Positions 31,411 through 52,273 of a stretch of 64,000 bases of DNA are shown piece after piece (the first letter of the stretch is position 1; each line of letters begins with the position of its first letter). Origin of the DNA: the human T2T-CHM13v2.0 reference genome, Homo sapiens; assembly GCF_009914755.1 (NCBI RefSeq), contig NC_060931.1; one strand, written 5' to 3'. The notes under the pieces were generated by a model. That model worked only from the letters and a program-made list of their open reading frames with translations. It had not been told where the DNA came from and made no database searches. The position numbers and the translations under genes are program-made.

Positions 31411-34029
31411 CTATTAGACTTATTGAAATAATATATGGTAGATATAAATGTTTATAATGTGGTAGTATGGACATTTTTGGATGTCCCCCTCCCTTGTCTT
31501 TGAGGCATTGGAAAAATGGAATGCAAACATTTCCTTTTGCCTCATGAGGTGGCCTGAACCCTGAGGCCTTTCTGATTTGGAGAAAAAATAGCCTAGATTT
31601 TTTTTTTCTAGTTCCAGGGTTGATGAGCCATCAGAGTCTACTGTGAAAGAATAGGCATAGAGAGGCTAGGGTTTAATGGATACAAATATGCTTGGAAAAG
31701 CAGGAGATAGAGAGAGCTGGAGTCCTGAGACAAGGGGAAAGGCCGGCACTGTGACTGGACTCTGCCTTCCGAGAAGAGGAGGAGGAGGAAACACCAAAGG
31801 TGCGGGCTTGCCATTCTTGTCACAGACTTCTGTGCCCAGACATGACACAGGAGCAGGTCCATGTTAGGGGAACTTGAGCCATCATTAAGGGGCAAGAAAA
31901 GTCAGCCACCGGCTGCCATTATAATGACTATTTTGTGCCGGCAGGAGCAGTGGACATCTCCGGAGGGAGCCACCTGAACAGATGCTGGCTGTCTCGTGCC
32001 GAGGCCCCGCGCCAGATCACAGAACTGTGAAGTGATCCTGGGCAGAGGTGAACAAGAATGGCTGAAGTTGACTTGTGTTTCATACCATTTCAGAAAGATG
32101 GGAGCTCATCATTGAAATTAAGTTAAATTGTAGAAAATAAGGAATTTTGGAACTTCTTAGACAAGATGCAATAATTATACTGTTTCCTGGTGGAGGTCTT
32201 GCCCTTCTCCTCCCTTCCTTTATTTTTATTGCTGTAGCGTGGATTTGGACCTATTTTTCTTTTAGTCTGTGGTCACAGAGGGTTCAGAAGTGTAGCTGTG
32301 CTTGTGAAGACACATGCATTCCAGACTTCCTAATTAGATGCTTTCTTGTCACACTTTAAAACCCCTGCACTATTGGGAAGTGCCTGCCGAAAGGTCAGCC
32401 CATCACTCCTTGGTTACCTTCCGCAGTGACATGATATTTCTTTCACTGGCAACGAATGAGAAAGGGGTGGTGCAGTCAGATATTAAGGGAACCAGAGCTA
32501 TCTTCAAGGAGCAGGAAAAGTCAGCCATTGGCTGCCGTTATAGCTTGGGAAATGACTGGACGAGGAAAGTCTATTTCAAACAGATGATTACAAAACCTCA
32601 CTAAAGCCAGTGCACGCTGGTGTGCGTCACAAATTGGCCTAGGAACAGCACCGGGGCATATACATTGTGGAAGTCAAGAAGTGAAGATTACACGTGATCT
32701 GATTTCCCATAAAAAGACTCTCTTAGTTCTACACATTTAGAACCAAGATCTGTTTTCCTCACCTGCTCTTTTGCCAGATGCAAAGACCCCTCGGCCACTC
32801 CCCAGCCTCTGTGTGTGTGTGTTTAGCATTTGTGAACCTCTCTGACCTCTTATCTTTTCAGGCTAATGAATTGAATACCTCTTTGAGGACAGGATAGAGA
32901 AGAAGGCTGAATTGGGGAGCCTTGTAAACTGAAGGGAGACAGCTTGGTCTGGAAGGAAAACGGGTATTAAAATGTCAACCAGTATCCAGTGTCCAATGGG
33001 CAGGGGCTGGGCCTTGCCTGCTTTTGTGTCATGCATGGGTAAAGTCGTATCTAAATATTTAATCTCTTTTGGCTTTTACTCCTTTCCCCTCCAATCCCAC
33101 TTCCTTTAATTTAATTTTTATTTATTTAGTTTTTAGCTTTTAGGATCCCAGGGTAAATAAGTTCCATACCTTGGGAAATTGCATAACAGAAAGAACACAC
33201 TTAGCGTGATCACTGTTTCATTGTGTTCAGTTGTATTTAGGACCGAGACATCTGACAGCATCACTGGGCCTTCTTTCAGAGAACAATTGGCACACTTGAA
33301 TGCAACGGAGTGGATAGGTGACAGCTCCTTCCCACGGCAGCTGTGGCAGCTCCAGCTTTCTGTCTAATCAAATTAGTTCCTCTCTGCACTCAAACAAGTC
33401 AGAAGCAATCATCTCCGAATCCACGCGCAGTGAGCAAATGCAAACACTGTCATGGTGTGACGCTAGTAGGACAAGAGGTGAAGGCTGCTAATAAATACAG
33501 ACATACCATGTGGCTATAATAAGCCACTTAGAAAAATAGTGGATATAGATTTTCTGTCTTTTACTTAATCTATTTTCTTTCCCACAAGGGAGAGACCAGG
33601 CAGCTATCGAGGGAGGATAAATGCACTTGCGTTGTGGACGCTCTGCTTCTCTGCTATTCCCATTGTTTTCCCGGTGGAGATGGCACCAGTCTCTAGCCAT
33701 TACTGGGCCTATTGTCTCCCCATAGGTTTCCTAGAGTCACTAGCTCTGGATAGCCCATTTAGCAGTATCACCAATGCCACTTGGCTTCTGTATGATGAGA
33801 GCAGGGAGTCAGCTACGATAAAGGAAGCCTGTTTTGAGAGACTTCTCCTAATATTAACAAGTACAAAGGAATAATGGATTTGAGAAGCAGAAACATGACC
33901 CATTGGAATTTGACCTTGAATGCAATTTAGGGTTAGTTGGAACTAGTGTTATTTAAAAATAAACTATTCTTTCTCCAAGGTAGTATGAGAAAAGTTAGGT
34001 TGGAGTTTGGAAATAAAGCAAGGCATTTT

Positions 34030-34220
34030 TTTAATTAAAAAAAGCTTTATTGAGATATAAGTCATATATCATACAATTTGCCCTTTTAAATCAACATTCA
34101 ATGGTTTTTAGTGTGTTCAGAGTTGTACAATCATTACCATAAGCAATTTTAGACCATTTTCATCACCCAAAACAGTAATTCCATAACCATTAGTATTATT
34201 CCCCATTTCTCTTCTCCTAC
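34030..34220 (-). mobile_element. L1MB-type 3' end fragment
   Basis: gctttattgagatataa...cagagttgtacaatcattacc. Confidence 0.65.
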
Positions 34221-34227
34221 CCTACCT

Positions 34228-34770
<543 letters not shown>

Positions 34771-35039
34771 CAGGCCATTTTTGAAATAAGAAAACCAAAT
34801 AAGAGGAAGCAAAGAAACACTGGAAAAAATAAAATCAGTGATAGTTTTCTCTAATACTTGTATTTATTTAACAAAGCTTAATTTATTAAGTGAGTCTATG
34901 CCAAGCAAGGCACTTTAAATGAATAAATCAATGGCCAAGTTAGCAAGCAGTGCTTTAGAAAAAAGGAGTAATGAAAACAATTGTTTCTATTTCCATTGAA
35001 GTAGTAAATGTTAATTAGATGTTGTGCAGCAGATTATCT

Positions 35040-35651
35040 TATACTAATTTCTTCACTCTCTTATCCTGGCAAGTAGCCTTCTGTGAGCTGGAATGGGGAG
35101 AGTTTATTTCTTTGCCCTATAAAGGTTGGGCTTGACCATGTGACTTGGCTTGGCCAATACAATTTTAATGAACTTGGTGTGAGAGCTTAAATGTGCTTGA
35201 GCAGGATTTTTTTTTTTGCTTCTCTCTGTCACTATTTATAGAATTTTTTAACATAAATATATCATGTTATGTTATGATCTACTACCTAGAAAACCCAAAA
35301 GACTCCTTGAAAAGACTCCTAGATTTGATAAATGAATTCAATAAAATTTCAGGATCCAAAATCAACATACTTCAGTAGTTTGACTTGGCCTCTTGCACTC
35401 CTGTGATCCATCATTAGAAGAACATGACCCAGATAGCTGCTGGTCCAAAGAGAATGTGGAGACAAGTGGGATATAACAGAACTCAATAAAAAGCCTAGAG
35501 CCATGTCCAGTTGACTCATGGCCAAAAACAGAGTTGCGCTAGGTGGCCAATTGTCTCATGAGCAAGAAAAAATATAAATGCATGTTGCAAGCACTTAAGT
35601 TTTGCAGTGGTTTGTTACACAGCACTAGTGCAGTGATAGCTGACTAATACA
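35040..35651 (+). mobile_element. MLT1 (H/I-like) MaLR LTR with an insert of about 170 bp
   Basis: gggcttgaccatgtgacttggcttggccaa...tttgttacacagca...gctgactaataca. Confidence 0.75.
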
Positions 35652-35797
35652 CCTTTCAAATTAAAGTTAATCAAATGGTCAGCATAATATTAAAAAGATT
35701 AAGTTTTGAGACAAGCATGTGGCTGATGCATTGTTGGTCTTTACTGACAAAAACTGTAATTTTAGTTTTGAAATCATTGGAAAGCCTTTTATAGCTA

Positions 35798-35834
35798 TTA
35801 GGTTGGTGCAAATGTAATTGCAGTTTTTGCCATT

Positions 35835-35838
<4 letters not shown>
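35798..35838. mobile_element. MADE1 (Hsmar1-derived MITE), left half
   Basis: TA then ttaggttggtgcaaatgtaattgcagtttttgccatt. Confidence 0.9.
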
Positions 35839-39609
<3,771 letters not shown>

Positions 39610-39610
<1 letters not shown>

Positions 39611-39648
39611 AAAGTAGCAAAACCACAATTACTTTTGCACCAACCTAA
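39610..39648. mobile_element. MADE1, right half
   Basis: gcaaaaccacaattacttttgcaccaacctaa then TA. Confidence 0.9.
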
Positions 39649-41823
39649 TAAAAAATACAGGAACAAAGAAGAAACTTCTCTAAAGAGGCCAGTTTCACCT
39701 GTCCAAGAGATGTTACAGCAGGAATCAGTTATGTATCCCTGGGATTCTCATGTGTTTCACAAAGTTTCCTTGGCTGTCCTACATCATTCCCAATTCTCCC
39801 TTTGCTGCTCTGGCTTGCTGTGGTAATACTTCCCATTGCTGCATTGCCAGGTCAGCATCTGTGCCACCAATTGTCATTGGAGGTGCTGCTGCCATCATTC
39901 AAAGAAGCTGCCTATGCCAGATGCCAAGGGGTTCATGTCTACACTGAGGGTACTTCCTCATGTCATTGCCAAACCTGCTACAATCAATTCTGCAGACATC
40001 CTTTGCTTTTTTAGCAAACTGCTCTTCCAGTTCTCTGTTGGATATTCCTGGCAGTCATTTCGTCCTGGGATGCTTTATGTCAATCGGGGCTGTGATGAAT
40101 AATTGAAGAGATAGACATTGCATTGTAGTCGGATTCTTTTTCCCGTTTCTGGCAATGCCCACTGTCTGCGTACTCAGCTTGAGAATTCTGACTTTGTTCT
40201 CAAGATCAGTTCTCTGCTAGGAATCTCCTTAGTACACCTCTGGGAGGTGTGAGGACACCTCTGGAAGGCTACTTCATCAGCATCTAGCTATGCCAAGGGC
40301 TCTCAGAGTGCCAGCCCCAAGCTGCAATCCCAGCTGTATATGGGTTTCTACACATTTTGATTTTCTGTAATAGAGGACAAAACTAGGACAAGCTGATGGA
40401 GATTTAATGGCCTAGAATAATGAACATCAAAACAAGGAAAGGACCAAAGAGATATGGGAGAAATGCTGGAAGGCCTAGGATATTTTGAGATTATTCTGAG
40501 ATATCTCAGATAATCAGACGCCTCCTTGGCAGGAGATTCCTGCTTTAAATCCCATAACTATATGGAGTAAATTGTGAGTTTGGTTTGTGCTGAGAGTGAA
40601 GGGGGGAGTCTGAAGTCAATACCAAATGGCCCAAAGTTTTTAAAAAGCTGACCAACTGGGACCCAGAAGGAAGCAGGGCCACAGGTCACAGGAGGACAGC
40701 AACCTGGGGAGCAGCGCTGGGATCTGGAGCTGTGAAATGCATGAGAGAACAGTGATATTGGCAGAAACTGTTGAGGCTCTGAATCCTCTGGTTAATGCTC
40801 CTAGTACATAGTTTAATGAGATGGTTTCTAAGGATCCTGTACCTGTTACTTTACAGGACTCTCTCTACACGTTTAATGGAAACTTTCCATTGCTCTCCTA
40901 AAGCTGCTGCCGCATGTCTGCCTTTTTAATGGGCTTGTGTTATGTCCTGGGGATGCAGAGGAGACAGAAACAAATTATCCTGACTTCCTTGCAGTCCATC
41001 GGTTGAGGAAGAAAGAAAGTGACATGAAATCACGAGAGAGAGTTTGGAAAATTTTCCTACTCTATGGGAAAGGAAGGGCGACTGAGCTAAAATAACGAGC
41101 AGGGACTGTCTTTCTGTAGCTCTGGAATACATGCAAGAAGCAGGGAGGAAGAGCTTCTGGAGAGACCCGTGTATCTGGGGTGTGAAAAAAATGTGGACTC
41201 GGATTTCACATATTTTGCCTATATTAGCGATCATTATTGCATCTGCCCCACTTTGCTAAATTCCAATATTTGTTTTATTCACAGAGCTCATCCTCCCATT
41301 ATTTTTAGAGAGTAAAGCTGATTATAAAAACTTTATTCTTCATTGTTTGACTTAATTCCCTCGTGTTAAAAAATACAGTATAATCTCATCAATTCAGACC
41401 AGTTGCTTTAAATCATTTTGCAAGCAAGTAAGTTCCCTTATTCTTCAGAATCTCTTAATTTGTGATTCATGGACTAGAAGCTAGTCTATGAATCTTTGTT
41501 TCTTCTGAAGAAGGAGCTGTGAAAAGCCAGTTAATACTCAAATTGAGACTACAAAGGTCCTGCTCAGTCTACTTGATAAGGTAAATTGAAAGGGTCATGG
41601 TAAATTTCTTTTTTTTTTATTGCACTTTAAGTTTTAGGGTACATGTGCAAAACGTGCAGGTTTGTTACATATGTGTACATGTGCCACGTTGGTGTGCTGC
41701 ACCCACTAACTCGTCATTTAACATTAGGTATATCTCCTAATGCTATCCCTCCCCACTCCCCTCACCCCACAACAGGCCCCGGTGTGTGATGTTCCCCTTC
41801 CTGTGTCCAAGTGTCCTCATTGT

Positions 41824-47833
<6,010 letters not shown>

Positions 47834-47896
47834 TATGATGTTAGCTGGTTATTTTGCTTGTTAGTTGATGCAGTTTCTTCCTACCCTTGATGGTCT

Positions 47897-48913
47897 TTAC
47901 AATTTGGCATGTTTTTGCAGTGGCTGGTACCAGTTATTCCTTTCCATGTTTAGTGCTTCCTTCAGGAGCTCCTGTAGGGCAGGCCTGGTGGTGACAAAAT
48001 CTCTCAGCATTTGCTTGTCTGTACAGTATTTTATTTCTCCTTCCCTTTTGAAGCTTAGTTTGGCTGGATATGAAATTCTGGGTTGAAAATTCTTTTCTTT
48101 AAGAATGTTGAATATTGGCCCCCACTCTCTTCTGGCTTGTAGAGTTTCTGCCAAGAGATCAGCTGTTAGTCTGATGGGCTTCCTTGGTGGGTAACCTGAC
48201 CTTTCTCTCTGGCTGCCCTTAATATTTTTTCCTTCATTTCAACTTTGGTGAATCTGACAATTATGTGTCTTGGAGTTGCTCTTCTCGAGGAGTATCTTTG
48301 TGGCATTCTCTGTATTTCCTGAATTTGAATGTTGGCCTGCCTTGCTAGGTTGGGGAAGTTCTCCTGGATAATATCCTGCAGAGTGTTTTCCAGCTTGATT
48401 CCATTCTCCCTGTCACTTTCAGGTACACCAATCAGACATAGATTTGGTCTTTTCACATAGTCCCATATTTCTTGGAGGCTTTGTTCATTTCTTTTTATTC
48501 TTTTTTCTCTAAACTTCTCTTCTCGCTTCATTTCATTGATTTGATCTTCCATCACTGATACCCTTTCTTCCAGTTGATCAAATCAGCTACTGAGGCTTCT
48601 GCATTTGCCACGTAGTTCTCGTGCCATGGTGTTCAGCTCCATCAGGTCCTTTAAGGACTTCTCTGCATTGGTTATTCTAGTTAGCCATTCGTCTAATCTT
48701 TTTTCAAGGTTTTTAACTTCTTTGCCATGGGTTCGAACTTCCTCCTTTACCTCAGAGTAGTTTGATCATCTGAAGCCTTCTTCTCTCAACTCGTCAAAGT
48801 CATTTTCCATCCAGCTTTGTTCTGTTGCTGGTGAGGAGCTGTGTTCCTTTGGAGAAGGAGAGGCATTCTGATTTTTAGAATTTTCAGTTTTTCTGCTCTG
48901 TTTTTTCCCCCAT
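47897..48913 (-). pseudogene. L1 ORF1, frameshifted
   Basis: Peptides 48166..48555 and 47897..48154 (...PLQKHAKL*); ATG at 48913. Confidence 0.92.
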
Positions 48914-49943
48914 CTTTGTGGTTTTATCTACCTTTGGTCTTTGATGATGGTGATGTACAGATGGGGTTTTGGTGTGGATGTCCTTTCTGTTTTTTAGTTT
49001 TCCTTCTAACAGTCAGGACTCTCAGCTGCAGGTCTGTTGGAGTTTGCTGGCGGTCCACTCCATACCCTGTTTGCCTGGGTATCAGCATCAGAGTCTGCAG
49101 AACAGTGGATATTGGTGAACAGCAAATGTTGCTGCCTGATCGTTCCTCTGGAAGTTTTGTCTCAGAGGAGTACCTGGCCGTGTGAGGTGTCAGTCTGCCC
49201 CTACTTGGGGGGTGCCTCCCAGTTGGGCTACTCAGGGGTCAGGGACCCACTTGGGGAGGCAGTCTGTCTGTTCTCAGATCTCCAGCTGTGTGCTGGGAGA
49301 ACCACTACTCTCTTCAAAGCTGTCAGACGGGGACATTTAAGTCTGCAGAGGTTTCTGCTGCCTTTTGTTTGGCTATGCCCTGCCCCCAGAGGTGGAGTCT
49401 ACAGAGGCAGGCAGGCCTCCTTGAGCTGCAGTGGGCTCCGCCCAGTTCAAGCTTCCCAGCCACTTTATTTACCTACTCAAGCCTCAGCAATGGTGGGCGC
49501 CCCTCCGCCAGCCTCGCTGCTGCCTTGCAGTTTGATCTCAGACTGCTGTGCTAGCAATGAGCGAGGCTCCGTGGGCATAGGACCCTCCGAGCCAGGCGCG
49601 GGATACAATCTCCTGGTGTGCCGTTTGCTAAGACCGTTGGAAAAGCGCAGTATTAGGGTGGGAGTGACTCGATTTTCCAGGTGCCGTCTGTCACCCCTTT
49701 CCTTGGCTAGGAAAGGGAATTCCCTGACCCCTTGCGCTTCCCGGGTGAGGCGATGCCTCACCCTGCTTCAGCTCATGCTCGGTGCACTGCATCCACTGTC
49801 CTGCTCCCACTCTCTGACAGTCCCCAGTGAGATGAACCCGGTACCTCAGTTGGAAATGCAGAAATCATTTGTCTTCTGCATCGCTCACGCTGGGAGCTGT
49901 AGACTGGAGCTGTTCCTATTCGGCCATCTTGGCTGCACCCCCA
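48914..49943 (-). promoter_or_regulatory. L1 5'UTR with internal sense and antisense promoters; YY1 site near the 5' end; retains the 129-bp segment (49042-49170) lost in younger L1s
   Basis: CAAGATGGC motif; extra 129 bp between gtctgttgga and tacc relative to the recalled L1HS sequence. Confidence 0.8.
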
Positions 49944-49954
49944 GGTCATGGTAA
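49490..49954 (+). CDS. L1 antisense ORF0-like frame, 154 aa, expression unknown
   Basis: gcaATGG start; MVGAPPPASLLPCSLISDCCASN...RVGVTRFSRC matches recalled ORF0; stop lies in the TSD. Confidence 0.6.
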   Translation: MVGAPPPASLLPCSLISDCCASNERGSVGIGPSEPGAGYNLLVCRLLRPLEKRSIRVGVTRFSRCRLSPLSLARKGNSLTPCASRVRRCLTLLQLMLGALHPLSCSHSLTVPSEMNPVPQLEMQKSFVFCIAHAGSCRLELFLFGHLGCTPRSW

Positions 49955-50606
49955 ATTTCTTAAACATTCTCTTTGGAACACCAAAAGAATGTCCACACAT
50001 TATTATTTTTTTTTAACCCAAAAACTATAGAAACCCCCAAACTCTTATCTCCTCCAAATTGCAGGCACAGAAACTCTCTAAATTGTCACTTTCCTTAATA
50101 ATGGGTTACCTTATTCAATGTGGTAAAATGTAATATTACTTCTCCTTTAAAATGGTTCATAGCTTGTTGTTGTTGTTGTTATTTAGAATGACACTTGCTC
50201 TTCATCCCTTAATCAATGAGTCAATATTTATTGAGATGAAGTTCTGCCAGAATTGTACTCATTGGGGAATAAAAGAGGTACAACAAGGTTTGTCCTGAAG
50301 AGATTAAAATATGGCTGAAGAAAAGTTACTTCATACTTATTTACATGTGAAAATGTGGCTACCAATAAAAGACAGTATAAAGGAAAATGAGTCCTTGGTT
50401 TCTACCCTGCTTAGGAGGGACAAAGTAAATAATAAATTTCCTCCCTGCAAACAACTGAAAGAAAATACAGAATCCAGGTGCCTTCTCCCAACAGTGCTCT
50501 TTTTACAAGCACTGAAATGTGAATGACAGGCGGGAAGACCAGCCTTCCTGGTTCCCAGGTGAGGCTCTTCCCACCTGGAAGTCTGCAAGGTTTCTCTTTT
50601 ATCATT

Positions 50607-51082
50607 ATTATTATTATTATTTATCTTACTTTAAGTTATGGGATACATGTGTAGAACGTGCAGGTTTGTTACATAGGTACACATGTGCCATGGTGGTTTC
50701 CTGCGACCATCAACCTGTCATCTAGGTTTTAAGCCCCACATGCATTAGGTATTTGTCCTAATACTCTCCCCTGCCTTGCCCCCATTCCCTGACAGGCCAT
50801 GTACAACCCAGTGTGTGATGTTCCCCTCCCTGTGCCCACGTGTTGTCATTGTTCAACTCCCACTTATGAGTGAGAACATGCGGTATTTTGTTTTCTGTTC
50901 CTGTGTTAGTTTGCTGAGAATAATGGTTTCCAGCTTCATCCATGTCCCTGCAAAGGACATGGACTCATTCTTTCTATGACTACACTATTCCATGGTGTAT
51001 ATGTGTCATATTTTCTTTTCCAGTCTATTATTGATGGGTATTTGGGTTGGTTCCAAGTCTTTGCTATTGTAAATAGTGCTGT
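50607..51082 (-). mobile_element. Older L1PA (about PA8-12) 3' fragment
   Basis: 3'UTR catctaggttttaagccccacatgcattagg; TSD aaggtttctcttt(t/c)atcatt at 50587-50606 and 51083-51102. Confidence 0.9.
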
Positions 51083-51199
51083 AAGGTTTCTCTTTCATCA
51101 TTCCTCAGGGGTTCTGCCTTGTAATTCCCTTGCAGGGCCTGCCCTCTCTGGCATTGGACCAGTATCAGTCTCTTTGCTGCAGGTCTTCTCTTTCTAGCT

Positions 51200-51589
51200 C
51201 CCTGTGCTGCTCGTTGAGGGCTAATCAGTCTAAGAGTAAAAAGCCCTTGGAAAGAGAGCAGAGGTAGGAGGAGGCTGAGGTCAGGCTATGTATTCCATTG
51301 GCTCCCTCTCTGTGGGTCTAGCTGTGCCCCTGTACTGAAATATCCAATCCTTTCATGAAGGTTTGCCCTGCAGGATTTCTTGCCTTCTAGAACTCAGTAA
51401 CCTCTTCTTCAACTTGTTCCAACTGGCTCAGGACGAGGACTGATACACAGCTGCTAGCCCTGGGTTCCTTCCTCTTCTGCTTTCCTTACACTCTGTCCAT
51501 GCCTTTGTAATTAGTCCCTTTGCAAATAAACACTCTACAAATTTTCCAAGATTCATTTCCAAGATTTTGACAGGGACCCTGCCAGGTAC
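51200..51589 (+). mobile_element. LTR33-like ERVL LTR
   Basis: tgaggtcaggctatgtattcc...cctttgtaattagtcccttt...aataaa...gggaccctgccaggtaca. Confidence 0.55.
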
Positions 51590-51913
51590 AAGGATCTCCT
51601 TGTTAAATTCTTTAACCTAAAGAAACAACACAAATTGTGGGATTTCAGGCACCACGGCAGTCAGGGCAGAGCCATATTTTTGATGAATCCCCTTTTGTTT
51701 ATGTCATTAGGCAATCATCTGACTTATTTATTCCTTACTGCAAACTTTGAATTGTTGAAATCCAGTGCAATGCTTAAATAAAAATTAATTTGTGTCCAGC
51801 AAATGGAATAGATTTTAAAAGGAGCTGCTCGAGGTGATTTAGTGAATTGTCAGGTTTCTATTTCACAAATAACAAAATAGAAATTAAGGGCATGTCAGAA
51901 TGAATTAGGACTG

Positions 51914-51965
51914 GAACATACATAAAAGTGATTTTATTAGAACATACATAAAAGTGATTTTATTA
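51914..51965. repeat. Perfect 26-bp tandem duplication
   Basis: gaacatacataaaagtgattttatta occurs twice. Confidence 0.93.
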
Positions 51966-52195
51966 TGCTTACTTAATTCACATTGTCATGAATGGCACTT
52001 TGCTGTATATTCTGTGGATTTTTCACTCTCTACTTGTGTTATCGTTCAGTAAGACAAACACATTGGGAAAGTGATATAATAGGAATGGAATTACGAGTGA
52101 ATCAATCTTGTTTTGCTGTTTCATACGCTAGTGTTTGGCTCTCCTGCTGACATATTAGGGCAGGGCTTAGTGGAAATGGGCAATGAATGCATGCG

Positions 52196-52273
52196 CTCTC
52201 TCTCTTCCTCTCTCTCTCTCTCTCTCTTCCTCTCTCTCTCTCTCTCTCTCTTCCTCTCTCTCTCTCTCTCTCT
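52196..52273. repeat. (TC)n microsatellite
   Basis: Direct reading. Confidence 0.95.

Noticed and set aside
39750-40102. Chaperonin-like (CCT/HSP60) pseudogene on the plus strand (IVIGGAAA, TLRVLPHVIAK)
   Set aside because: Only short peptide resemblance in different frames, with no nucleotide similarity I can recognise.
40489-40515. Short palindrome gattattctgagatatctcagataatc
   Set aside because: Only a 16-bp perfect core; too short to interpret alone.
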